In this document: positions 10,978 to 23,461 of the stretch, piece after piece
How the letters are laid out: each line of letters opens with the position of its first letter
Position numbering within the stretch: position 1 is the stretch's first letter
NCBI GenBank assembly: GCA_051453625.1
Contig: JBOZIK010000001.1
Coordinates: forward strand, 32,737,089-32,784,766
DNA: 47,678 bases
From: Welwitschia mirabilis
Taxonomy: Eukaryota
Direction of reading: 5' to 3'
Notes under the pieces: model-generated
Databases searched by the model: none
Seen by the model: the letters and a program-made list of their open reading frames with translations, nothing else
Told to the model about the DNA's origin: nothing
Made by a program: the position numbers and the translations under genes

Positions 10978-13900
10978 ATGGATAGTAAAGAATCATTCCT
11001 AGTATATTAACAGTGGATGTTCAAGGAACATGACTAAAGATAAATCTAGCTTTACCACCTTGATAGAATAAGATAAATGGTGGTCACTTTTGAAGATAAT
11101 ACAAAACCACCTATTAGAGGTATTGAAACCATTAGAGTAGGTAACCTACCTAAGGTAAAAGATGTTTTCTTTATGAAAGTTTTACAACATAATATTTTAA
11201 GTGTTAGTTAATTATGCAATGGAAAATTTTATGTTACTTTTCCTAAGGATGATTGTATTATTAAATAACATGACTTAATCAAAGTATTATTTACTAGTAT
11301 TAAAAAAATCAAATGTTTGTATCACTACTCTATAAGATATGTCTAACAAGGAAACCAAGTGTTTATTATGTATTATAGGTGAAACAAAGCTATAACATTG
11401 GAAGCGTAGACATCTAAACAAAGACCTACTAAAAATCTTATCCACAAAATAAATAGTAAGAGGACTTCCTAAGATGAAAAGCATTGATAATCAAGTTTTG
11501 CATGACAAAAAGAAGAGAAAGCAAGAGTACGATTTGGTAAGAAAATACTATCACAACTAAACATCTTTTAGATATTTTACATCTTAACATTATTTATCGA
11601 TCTCCTATAAAAAGTCTTGGTAAAAAAAGATACTATTTAATTATTATTGATGATTACTCTTATTTTACATGGGTATCTTCCTTGCACATAAAGATAAGGC
11701 ATCTAATATTTTCTCTAAGTTGTATATGATGTTATAGAACTAAAGTGGATACAAGATCAAGATGCTAGAAAGTGATAATGGTACTAAATTTAAAAATGTA
11801 AAGTTCAAAGATTTTTGTGAATAGTTGGGCATGCTCCACCAATTCTATACACTAAGAACCTCCCAATAAAATAGAGTATTTAAAAGAAAGAATAGAGTAC
11901 TAAATGAAATGAAAAGAATAATAATGCATGATAAATAGGTTTCTTATCATTTTTGGATAAAAGCCATCAATACTACTTGTTACACTTTAAATTGAGTTCT
12001 AGTAAGACGTTTCATTATTAAAACTTTATATGATCAATAGTCTAGTAAGAAACCATTTGTAAGTTATTTCCATATTTTTGGATTAAAATGCTTTATCTTA
12101 AATGAAAAGGATAAGTTAATAAAATTAAATTTCAAATTTAATTATGGTATTTTTAGATATTCCATGATCAGTAAAGCCTACCAAGTGTTTAACAATAGAA
12201 CTCATGTAGTATAAGAAACTCTAAATGTTAAAAGAAGTGATACTGATGGGACTTCTATCCTTATGCAAGATGACTATATTTCTATGTAAATTAATCAACC
12301 ATCTAGTCATATTCAAGTTTAATCAAATAGTAAGTAGGAGAAAAAAGAAGAAACTGACAAATTAAATCCTTCAAACATGATCAGGCTAAAAAGAAGTTAC
12401 TCTACAAGTAACATAATTGGTAGTCCTTAGGGTGGTATTTAAACTCGAAGCCATATTAAAGAATTATATAGATTTACAGCTTGTATTTCATAGGTAGAAC
12501 CAAAAACCTTTAATAAAGTTTAGAGAGATAAACATTGAATGCTAGCAATGTAAGAGGAGCTTAATCAGGTTGAAAGATGTGATGTTTACAAACTCACTCT
12601 AGGACCCTCTAACAGACCTATTATTAACATAAAGTGGATTTTTAGAAATAAAACAAGTGAACATGGTAACATGAATAGAAATAAAGCAAGATTCATTACC
12701 AAAGGATACAATCAATAAAAAGGCATAGACTTTAAAGAAACCTTTATACCAATAGCATGTATGAAGTTGATAAGAATTCTTTTAACATTTACTTATGTCA
12801 AAGGATTAAAACTCTACCAAATGGATGTCAAAAGTGCTTTTTTAAATGAACTACTTCAAGAGGAAGTATATGTTGAGAAGCCTAAAGGATTTACAAATTC
12901 TCATAAATTAGACTATGTTTATAAATTGAAAAAGGCTCTTGATGGTCTTAAGCAAGCACTTAGAGCATGGTATGAAAAGTTATCTAGTTATCTAATAGAA
13001 AATGCATTCAAAATAGTAACATCTAATATTACATTTTTGATTATAAGGGATGATAAGGAATTTATAATTGTAAAAGTATATGTAAATGATATTATTTTTG
13101 TATCTACTAATGAATTATTATCTAAGAATTTTACTAAGATAATGCAAGATAAATTTGAAATGAGTCTTATCGGAGAGATGAGTAACTTCTTGGGGTTATA
13201 TATTGTGTAACATAAATAAGTTACCTTTATTTTTAAAACTAAATATACTTAAAATCCACTAGTCAAATATGATTTATGAAACTACAAAGCCAAAGATACT
13301 CTAATGCATCAAAGCATGAAACTGGTCAAGGTTAAGCATAATAAGAAGGTTAATCAAAAGCTATATAGAGGTATGATTAGTAGTTTATTGCATCTTACTA
13401 CTAGTAGACCTAATATCATTTTAAGTATGGAAAGTTATAGTCATTATCAAAGTGATCGCAGAAAATCTCATCTTACAGTAGTTGAAAAGAATTTTTTTAT
13501 TATTTAAAGGGTACTTCTAATTGGGACCTTTAGTACTCAAAGGACATATACCTTAATCTAGTTGGGTATTATGATGCAAATTGGGTAGGATATAAAGATG
13601 ATAGAAGAAGCACAAGTGGAACCTACTTCTTGCTTGAGCAATGTTTAATATCTTAGATAAGTGAAAAGAAAAAACTCAATTGCTTTCTCAATTGCTAAGG
13701 TTGAATATATTGCTACTGGAAGTTGTTGTGCACAGCTACTTTGGATGAATTAAATATTGAAATATCTTAGACCCTTCTTGAAAATCATTCTAATCTTTTG
13801 TGATAACAAAAGCTCTATCAACATCTCAAAGAACCCAATAATACAATACTTGGTAATCAACCACACCAATATTAGACCTTACTTTCTCAAAGAACACATA

Positions 13901-14060
13901 CAAAATAGGAAGATCATGATGTAATATATTAGTACTAATGATCAACTTGCCGACATCTTCACTAAACCATTAAGTAGTGAAAGGTTTATTAAATTATGTA
14001 AGAACTTGAGGATTAAGCCTTGCCCAATCAGTAAGTTATCAAATAATATCATTCAAATCT
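10978..14060 (+). pseudogene. pol: Degenerate copia pol of G (protease, integrase, RT, RNase H)
   Basis: PR *YINSGCSRNMT (~10998); INT IIIDDYSYFTWV, SDNGTKFKN, Q*NRVFKRKNR; RT KWIFRNK, LYQMDVKSAFLN, LKQALRAWYEKL, VYVNDIIF (ORF 12761-13210); RH GYYDANWVGYKDDRRSTSG, DQLADIFTKPL. Confidence 0.95.
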
Positions 14061-14209
14061 GAACTTCACTTTATGATATTCTATGAGTTGAGATTATAGT
14101 TAGATGTTAAAATAGTAAAATTTTGTGCATGTTACTTTACTTTTTGAATGTGATACTATTACGATAATTTTAGTCATAGAAAATTTTGAAGTTTCTGAAT
14201 TTTTCAAGG

Positions 14210-14642
14210 AAGACGTCTTTAGTTGTGTAGATATTTATCATGAAGATATCTTTAGTATTGTATACATATTTAAATTTCTAGACATCTGTGAAGATTAGAT
14301 ATACTTTTTTAATGTTTTTGAATAGATATCTTTGAATAGATAGACATCTTTACAGTATGCAGAACAAGCTTTAAAATTTTTAATAGTAAACATACTTTAT
14401 CAAAGTAAACATCTACTATTATCATTTTAGACATCTTTTAATAGGTAGAAATTTTTTAAGAACTATTGTGAAATAAAAAAATGCAATAAAAACTAGGGTT
14501 TTGACCTTTTTTAATTAAAAAAGAGACCACCATCTCTTATTTTTTCAATCCTTCACTCAATAGATGTATCATTCAAAGATTTTTTAAAGGCTATTTTTCT
14601 CAAATTTCTTTGTAAATATGTCTTGGATTTGATAGACATCTT
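14210..14642. repeat. AGACGTCT palindrome cluster in the pol-env spacer of G
   Basis: Intact AAGACGTCTT at ~14211. TAGACATCT copies at ~14279, 14341, 14428 and 14633, plus TAGATATCTT variants. Confidence 0.75.
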
Positions 14643-14751
14643 CATAGCCAATACAAACAGGTATCTTTTCTCTCATAGGTTCTTATTTTTGTTGATTTTT
14701 TTTTTACATTTCAATTAATTTTAGTTTAGTTATTCATATATTTTTCAAAAA

Positions 14752-16418
14752 ATGGTGAGGAGAANNNNNNNNNNNNNNNNNNNNNNNNNNCCCTTTTATG
14801 TCTAACAAGGTAAAGAACTAACCACAAAGATACATAGGCCATAATATAAACCTCAGTTCTATCATAAGTCAATAGCTAACTAATTCAAAACATGAACTAA
14901 AAATTCAATCATAGTAGAACAAAATGTTGGTTTTCAAAAACAAAGGAAATATCTTCTACTAGCATATTTTTGTGATGTTGAATGGGATATGGTAGTTCAA
15001 TTGGGTTAGGATATTCTAGAACTAGTTGTCAGAGAATTCTATGCAAACATTCATGAGATTAACACCAGCACTAAAACATTTGATAAGGTAGTTTTTTATA
15101 TCTTACTCCTAGTTTGTGAATTCTATTCTTAGCATTCATGATTCACAGCTTTCACAATTATATATGTTTATTTGTTTAAAGGTATATTCACTTCTTGTTC
15201 TATTAGTATATCATAGTGATTAATGAGTAACGTTTTGTTTGAGTACTCTAGTATGAACTATTATGAAAACATAGGACATAAGGATATAGGTTTAGAGACA
15301 TTTATATTAAGCTTGATCACATTCTACAACATCCTTGTTATGGGTGGTAGCTATAACTACTACAACATCAAGTAGACATTTATTGTTTTTATCTTCTTAT
15401 ATGATTAAAGATCAATTTAGAATTCATTTTATTCATGGATATTATTGCACTATTTTAGAAGGATCAGACTTTGGGTTACCCTTATTTAATCAGTTTAATT
15501 ATTAGTAGTGCTAGTATTTTAGTATCGCAAATGAACATCATTCATCCAAAGAATTCACTTGCATAATTTAGTAAGAAATGGTGTGTACTAGTGCCACTTA
15601 GTGAAGGCACAAATAGAATGTTAGCTAAATCATAGTTTTAGTGATTCTTTTCTATAGTATCTCATAGTTTATCATTCATTAAGAAGGTTCTAAAAGCTAT
15701 TACAAAGATGGTTGATAAGATTGATCATAATTTATTAAGGTGAAAGAAGCACAGATGTATAACTAATGAAGGAGAAGCACTTGTAAGTAGTTGGGAATCC
15801 ATGGAAACTCCCACTTGAATAGATTCAAAGAAGGAATTAGAGGATGAAGCACCTCTAGCTCAACATATATAGATTCTTTAGAGTCTACAAGAGAGGAGGC
15901 ATAGGTACATGGGAAGCACCAGGCTCCTACACAAGCACAAGTTTAATAGAAGCACTAGGCTCAAATACCATCATAAGGAAAGCAACAGGTAGAGTTAGAG
16001 AGCTCAAATATTTAGTCCCTCATCTTTTGCAGGCCATGTCATAAACTACCCCTCCACCATTATATCCAACATTCATCACATCCTTGTTAATCATCACCAC
16101 CACCTCGCATTCCATCTCTACCTCCACCTTTAACTAAACATATCCATGTTCCACCTCTTAGCATAGCTCCACCACTATCCTTTATCAAGACTACCACTGC
16201 TAGCTTATTTGAAACTTTTGTTAGTCATCAAATGCACTCACATATGATGAGAGTAGCCTATGAGGGCCCTGTTGAAACATCTTAGTGACCATCTAGAAAG
16301 CATCACACACCTTCATCCACATCTTCTTCATCTCACACTATCTAGACATCCACCACATAGGATAGTGACAATGATAGTGCTAATGAAAGAGAAGGAACAC
16401 ACTACACCAGTGATTTAG
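14752..16418 (+). pseudogene. Degenerate env-like ORF of G
   Basis: ATG at 14752; DILELVVREFYANIH; FILSLITFYNILVMGGSY; KINLEFILFMDI; LGYPYLISLII; then an A/Q/P/H-rich low-complexity tail ending DSDNDSANEREGTHYTSDL/TAG. The position between pol and the 3' LTR is typical of SIRE. Confidence 0.8.
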
Positions 16419-16451
16419 CACTTTGTAAACAGCTCCTTTTGTATGCTATCC

Positions 16452-16472
16452 AAATGGGGGGAGAATAAAGGG
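16452..16472 (+). promoter_or_regulatory. Additional upstream polypurine tract of G (SIRE multiple-PPT signature)
   Basis: AAATGGGGGGAGAATAAAGGG just after the env-like ORF. The second copy at ~17064 lies in a gap-flank duplication. Confidence 0.65.
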
Positions 16473-17668
16473 TAAATTAGCTTGAGTTTGGACATCTAGC
16501 TTGGACATCCTATATGGGCCTAAAATACTTGATTATAAGTCTAATGAATTGGACTTCCTATGAGTGACATCACTATTAATGGATGATCACTATTAATTTT
16601 TGACATGCATCATCNNNNNNNNNNNNNNNNNNNNNNNNNNNNNNNNNNNNNNNNNNNNNNNNNNNNNNNNNNNNNNNNNNNNNNNNNNNNNNNNNNNNNN
16701 NNNNNNNNNNNNNNNNNNNNNNNNNNNNNNNNNNNNNNNNNNNNNNNNNNNNNNNNNNNNNNNNNNNNNNNNNNNNNNNNNNNNNNNNNNNNNNNNNNNN
16801 NNNNNNNNNNNNNNNNNNNNNNNNNNNNNNNNNNNNNNNNNNNNNNNNNNNNNNNNNNNNNNNNNNNNNNNNNNNNNNNNNNNNNNNNNNNNNNNNNNNN
16901 NNNNNNNNNNNNNNNNNNNNNNNNNNNNNNNNNNNNNNNNNATCTCACACTATCTAGACATCTACCACATAGGATAGTGACAATGATAGTGATGACGAAA
17001 GAAAAGGAATACACTACACTAATGATTTAGCACTTTGTAATCAGCTCCTTTTGTATGCTATCCAAATGGGGGGAGAATAAAGGGTAAATTAACTTTAGTT
17101 TGGACATCTATCTTGGACATCCTATATGGGCCTAAAATACTTGATTATGAGTCTAATGAATTGGACTTCCTATGANNNNNNNNNNNNNNNNNNNNNNNNN
17201 NNNNNNNNNNNNNNNNNNNNNNNNNNNNNNNNNNNNNNNNNNNNNNNNNNNNNNNNNNNNNNNNNNNNNNNNNNNGACATCACTATTAATGGACGATCAC
17301 TATTAATTTTTGACATGCATCATCATTAGCATACTATTTTTATTTCTTCTATTGATTAGCATATTTCATGATCTAATATTATTTTTTGTTGGTACACTGT
17401 TGAAATGCTTTGATATTATTTGTTATTAGCACACTTTTATTGGTACAATTTATATGATTTTCATTATTTTTCTTGAATGAAATTATTTAGTGCTTATATG
17501 CCTTTTTTTGTTACTATCGTACATGTTTATTAGTGTGGTTAATCACTATTTTTTAATACTATCGGTAAAACATGATTATGTATTTTTTCTCTCTTAAATT
17601 TAAATATCTTAATTTAGTTAATAAAGTATGCTTACATTAGTGAGATTTACCAAGTTCTGAACATCATC

Positions 17669-17682
17669 AAAAAGAAGGAGAT
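17669..17682 (+). promoter_or_regulatory. Terminal polypurine tract of G
   Basis: AAAAAGAAGGAGAT immediately before the 3' LTR, preceded by CATCATC; cf. the SIRE consensus CATCATCAAAAAGGGGGAGAT. Confidence 0.88.
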
Positions 17683-19193
17683 TATTCGTAAAAATCTAGT
17701 TTTGATTATTCTACTTATCAAATATATTATAATATATACAGACAAGTTAAGATAGAGAGACCAGATCACAAGAAGCATCAGTACATGTCAAACCTTAAAG
17801 TTCATGGTTCATTAAAAGTTTAGCTTAGAATTCACAAATGCTAAATCACAATTAACTAAAGACATCTACAGAATTAAAGATGTCTATAGGAAAGGTGTCT
17901 ACATATTTGAAGATGTTTATGGAAAAGACATCTGTAGAATCAAAGATGTTTATACTGAACCAGATTTCATCTACAAGGAAAGATGTCTATCTTGAAAAAG
18001 ACATTTATACTAAAGTAAAGATTTAACATAAGTAAAAGACATATATCATATTAAAGACATCTATACTAAACTACAAGAGGTAATAGGAATAAATTATACT
18101 TTAATGAACTATCTACATTTAAAGAAAGCAATCAAGATCTACATCTTATATTCATAATCACTAAAGATCAAAGGAATTATAGTTTGAGTTTCATCAAATT
18201 CTAGGAACTTTAATCGAAGATGTCTCCTATGTTAAATACATCTTACTAATTGAATATGTCTATCCTCTTCAAGATTCCTATGCTAAAAGTTTATGAGAAA
18301 TTAAATAGATGTTATGTGCCTAATGCTTAGTCATTTCTATTCATTATACAGTGGTTACAAGTTTCAAATATCTATTTCTCTAGGTCAAATAGCTAGAAAC
18401 GTATCAAAAGATATAAAGGCATGACTTGATGAATAGATTTAACTAATGAATGTATGCACATACAAATGCACAAGTGATTAGTTCCATTCATGAAGCTTTC
18501 AAGCTATCATTTGCAAGGGACTCTTAAGTGACTACATCATTCGATCATTGGCTTTTACAATGTTGCATTACTCTAATCTTTGACACTTATGGGTGATGAC
18601 AACAAGAGAGAACTCAGGTGCTTCATCAAAGATATATCATTTTAGGCTTATTGTTTTATTTGTTGTTATTGTATGTTGGATCCAAATTATTAGACTATCA
18701 TTTTTTGGAATGCTCCTATTATAGTCCATTTCTTTTTGTTAAAGCTAAGGATCCCTTTCTAGGATTTCATCTTATAAGGTAATCCTTGTATGGGTATGCT
18801 CTTGTGAGTTCTTATAAGAACTTTTTTTTAATTGTATTATCAGATATTCCTAAAGGGAAAATAGTGCCTCCTTGTGAGAAGAATTTCACATTGTATTAAT
18901 GCTTGTGAGATATTTTTGTTATTGTGTTATTGAACATCCCTAAGGAGAAGAGAGTGCTATCTCAAGAGGAGCATCTCATATTGTATGTAAGATTGGTGGT
19001 GCTTCAAAACCACTATTTTTGTAGGGTAAAAATATTCAGAGGTGTGAGATGAATCTCTTCTCTATGTGTGGATGTACCCAGGTTGGGAAACCATGTTAAA
19101 ATGGTGAGGTGTTCATTGCTTAGCTTTAAAATATTTTTGGTGAAATTTATTTTTGGTAATTCACCCCTTCCCTCTGAGTTCAGTGATCCTTAA
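17683..19193 (+). repeat. 3' LTR of G
   Basis: Starts TATTCGTAAAAATCTAG directly after the PPT and ends TTCACCCCTTCCCTCTGAGTTCAGTGATCCTTAA. Colinear with 7650-9152. Confidence 0.92.
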
Positions 19194-20040
19194 AGTGTAA
19201 TAACTACTAATGGATGAAAGGATAATGATATGGATTTCTATTGCCTAATATACTACTTCATGATAAGGAGAGATCAAAAAATATATTACGCTATGATGAA
19301 ATTTTAAACTTAATGTAACATTTAAGCAATAAGGATTAAGATCTTAGCATAAGTCATTGATAATCAATAAGTGTAGTGAGAAGAAGTCTTTAAAATTTGA
19401 TAATTAATTAAGGACCAAGTTTAATATGGGAACAATCCCCTTCCCAGAATATTCTCAAGCATACGTGATTGGATGCATAATTCATTATAGTCATGACAAA
19501 AATTACCTTAGAATTAATGCATAAATGTATCACTATACCTTGGAAAAAGGGATTAGATGATTGAAAAATTAAATTAAAATTCCTCAGTAATTCTTCCAGT
19601 TCTTTGTAATTCCATTTCATCGCAATAAAGAATTAGATTTAGATCTTCATTAGATACATCTTTAGTTTGGTTCCATAATAAGTAATCTTTTTAAATCTAC
19701 TTACTGTTACACTATTAAAATACTCTCGATCCAAGTTCTTTCATTATTTTTAATATTCTTTGATTTAAAGCATTTTTATTTTTTTTGTTAAAAGGATATT
19801 AGATTCTAGAAAAAGTAGAAGTAGGTAGTTAAGGTAGTTTTTAATTGTCAATTTCATTTATCATGTATTCATCAATTCTCTAAGTTGTAACTAGTTTGAT
19901 ATGTGATTAAGTTCCTAGTACAAGTGAATATACCATTTATCCTATGAGATGGATTCCATTCATCACTTCATTAGGACATCACTTGTAGATAAGTTACTTT
20001 AATAAGACTATTGATAAGATGACTATTAACAAAATCTTAA
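19194..20040 (-). pseudogene. Element F, right part: decayed Tat-type integrase zinc-finger and possible additional RNase H remnant
   Basis: ORF 19408-19620 ends CLRIFWEGDCSHIKLGP (cf. Tat/Ogre LREIHEG.CG.H..GPKL), followed by a MTYAK-like fragment. INGIFTC near 19920-19945 resembles the aRH motif QVNG.Y.C. Confidence 0.5.
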
Positions 20041-20140
20041 NNNNNNNNNNNNNNNNNNNNNNNNNNNNNNNNNNNNNNNNNNNNNNNNNNNNNNNNNNNN
20101 NNNNNNNNNNNNNNNNNNNNNNNNNNNNNNNNNNNNNNNN

Positions 20141-23100
20141 AAGTTTTACTAGTATAATAATTTATGGTTAGTTTTTTATCTATCCTTTGTCATAACATAT
20201 CCCTAACCACATAATCACTTGCATCACACATAAGCTTAAAAAGTAACTTCTAGTTGGGCATTGAATGAGTAGGTTGGAGGTCAATTTTTCTTTAGATATT
20301 TGAAGGTTTATTGACATTAAATGGTTCAATTGAAGTTGACATCTTTGCTTAAAAGATTATATAATGGCTAAGAGATTTTACTGAAATACTTAATGAATCT
20401 CCTATAGGATCTTAAACATNNNNNNNNNNNNNNNNNNNNNNNNNNNNNNNNNNNNNNNNNNNNNNNNNNNNNNNNNNNNNNNNNNNNNNNNNNNNNNNNN
20501 NNNNNNNNNNNNNNNNNNNAATTGAAGTTGACATCTTTGCTTAAAAGATTATATAATGGCTAAGAGATTTTACTGAAATCCTTAATGAATCTCCTATAGG
20601 ATCTTACACATCCTAGGAAAGATCTAATGTTTTTTTGTTCTTGATTAAAGAAGCCTTTATAGGATTTACTTGGATCCCTTCCTTAGAGATTATGTGTCTT
20701 AAAACTATGCCTTAATTAACCATAAAGTGGCATTTCTCCTAGTTGAACACAAGGCATTTTTGGATATGTTACTTAAGAAAATATTCTAAGTTGTGCAAAC
20801 AGTGTTTAAAAGAGGTTTCATAGATCAGGAAGTCATCCATAAAGATTTTAACACTTGAATCTAATAAATCAGAGAAGATTACTATCATGAAACGTTATAA
20901 TGTGGTTAGTGCATTACGTAAGCTAAACGAAATTTGTTTATAGGTGAACATTCCATAAGAGTAGGTGAAGGTAGTTTTGTCTTTGTCCTTAGGGAAATTT
21001 CAATTTAATTATATTCTGAATACTCATCAAAAAATAGTAAAATGAATGTCCTACAAGTTACTATAAGATTTTATCAAATAAAGGTAGAGGGAAGTGATCC
21101 TTTCTTGAGATGGAATTTAATTTTTTATAGTTGATATGCATCCTCCATTTTACTATAGGTCTAGTAGGGATATGTTTGTTATGCTTATTTGGGATAAGAG
21201 TAATTCCTACTTTCTTTACTATAGCCTAAGTTAGACTACCAAAAAGATTGAGTTATCCCCTAAGAAAGCATATTTTAGATCATNNNNNNNNNNNNNNNNN
21301 NNNNNNNNNNNNNNNNNNNNNNNNNNNNNNNNNNNNNNNNNNNNNNNNNNNNNNNNNNNNNNNNNNNNNNNNNNNNNNNNNNNTTCTTTACTATAGCCTA
21401 AGTTAGACTACCAAAAATATTGAGTTATCCCCTAAGAAAGCATATTTTAGATCATTTGACAAAGGTTTAAGTTCCAAGTTAGTCTCATTTTGAGAAATGA
21501 AGCATGATTATTAAGAAAAATCTAAGTCATCATTTTTGGAAGAGTGGGAAGTAAATTCCTAGTTTTTAAAAAGGATTTCTATCCTATCCACATGTTCTAC
21601 CATTTTATTATTTGGTGATAACTTCATTGCATTAAAGATATTTAGTACTATGGTCATGTTGCCAAAGGAAATCTTCATTAATTCATTATTACAATTGATT
21701 AAGGCATTTTAAGTTGCTAAGAATGGTTTTTCTAAAATGACATGCACTTATTAGTTCATTAAATTTTCTATTTCCAAAACCACAAAGTTCATTGAAAAGT
21801 AGTAATTATTAACCCTAATGATAATTCCCTCTAAGACATCTAATGGAATTTTTATAGGGTTGTCAGCTAACTAGAGTTGGAGTTTCCTGTTTTTAAGCCC
21901 TTATAAGCCTAACTCTTTATATCTTTTATAGGGAAGTAAATTCAAATTGGCCCATAAGTCTAATAAATCTTGGTTAATTTTCTTATTTTCTATGATAATA
22001 TGATCATGGGGTATCTAAAGTATTTGTATTTGGATGGACATTAATTCTAAAAGATTACACTTATTTGATATACTAGAAAAGTTTTACTCTTTACATTCAT
22101 GCATCTTTTGACAGTGCACATGTCTTTAAGAAATTTTGCTTAGGAAGGTGCTTGTTTAATGGCTTCTAAAAGAGGGATTTCTACCTCTACTTTCTTGAAA
22201 ATTTCTAGAGCCTCTAATTTTTTGTTTATTATATTATTCTTTCTAAGTTATTAAGAAAAAGGTAAGCGTTCACTGTATATAGGCAAAGGTTCTTCATTCC
22301 TATCCTTTTCTTTATTTTCTATGAGGATTGGATTTTACTTCATTTTATTTTACATGAGTGCATTTTATAACTTTTCCTAGTTCCTAAGGTATATAGANNN
22401 NNNNNNNNNNNNNNNNNNNNNNNNNNNNNNNNNNNNNNNNNNNNNNNNNNNNNNNNNNNNNNNNNNNNNNNNNNNNNNNNNNNNNNNNNNNNNNNNNNNN
22501 NNNNNNNNNNNNNNNNNNNNNNNNNNNNNNNNNNNNNNNNNNNNNNNNNNNNNNNNNNNNNNNNNNNNNNNNNNNNNNNNNNNNNNNNNNNNNNNNNNNN
22601 NNNNNNNNNNNNNNNNNNNNNNNNNNNNNNNNNNNNNNNNNNNNNNNNNNNNNNNNNNNNNNNNNNNNNNNNNNNNNNNNNNNNNNNNNNNNNNNNNNNN
22701 NNNNNNNNNNNNNNNNNNNNNNNNNNNNNNNNNNNNNNNNNNNNNNNNNNNNNNNNNNNNNNNNNNNNNNNNNNNNNNNNNNNNNNNNNNNNNNNNNNNN
22801 NNNNNNNNNNNNNNNNNNNNNNNNNNNNNNNNNNNNNNNNNNNNNNNNNNNNNNNNNNNNNNNNNNNNNNNNNNNNNNNNNNNNNNNNNNNNNNNNNNNN
22901 NNNNNNNNNNNNNNNNNNNNNNNNNNNNNNNNNNNNNNNNNNNNNNNNNNNNNNNNNNNNNNNNNNNNNNNNNNNNNNNNNNNNNNNNNNNNNNNNNNNN
23001 NNNNNNNNNNNNNNNNNNNNNNNNNNNNNNNNNNNNNNNNNNNNNNNNNNTGCATTTTCTGTTTAAGGCTATTTAACATGGAGGAGTGCTATTTTAGTGA

Positions 23101-23461
23101 TTGCTCATGGTTTTTATTAAGTAAACTTGATTTTCCATGAACTTTCTAACTGAATTTTCAAAGGGGATGGATGAGGTTGACGTTTGGTAATTGGAAGAGA
23201 ATAAGAGGATGATGATGCATATTGGTTTCTTAGCTAATTTTAATTATCTTATTTCTAAGAAAATCTAGGTTGATTTCTCCACTCAAGGTTGTATGTATTT
23301 AAGTAGGAATCATTTCTAGGACTTTACCATCAGTGCCTTACCATGTTTACCTACTCATTTACTATATTTTGGAATAAATAAAAAGAGAGATATCTAGTAG
23401 TATCATGGTATCAATATGGCAAATCAAACATTTAGGTTTAATAACCATGGATGAGAATAGA
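20141..23461 (-). mobile_element. Element E: canonical Athila gag-pol fragment (gag 3' part, protease, RT, start of RNase H), interrupted by B
   Basis: Gag knuckle KPKCLICHIDT (~23405-23440); LEIFKKVEVEIPLLEAIKQAPS*AKFL; PR LLDLWANLNLLPY and LQL*LADN; LELKPL..DLKYAFLG; RT KKVGITLIPNKHNKHIPTRPIVKWRMHINYKKLN..RKDHFPLP, IFMDDFLIY (~20820-20848), KCHFMV. Confidence 0.9.

Larger units (their letters stand above)
7650..19193 (+). mobile_element. Element G: SIRE/Maximus (Sirevirus) Ty1/copia LTR retrotransposon with env-like ORF; structurally near complete, coding regions dead
   Basis: Two ~1.5-kb LTRs ending in the SIRE-like ATTCACCCC-T-rich motif. Domain order gag (two CCHC)-PR-INT-RT-RH, then an extra ORF, multiple PPTs and the terminal PPT AAAAAGAAGGAGAT. 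Confidence 0.93.

Noticed and set aside
17062-17085. Apparent third PPT in G
   Set aside because: Part of the gap-flank duplicate of 16330-16614, so probably not an independent site.
20041-20140. Continuity between F (left) and E (right) as one gypsy element
   Set aside because: They are separated by an exactly 100-N placeholder gap, and the two sides resemble different lineages (Tat-like vs Athila) with different levels of decay.
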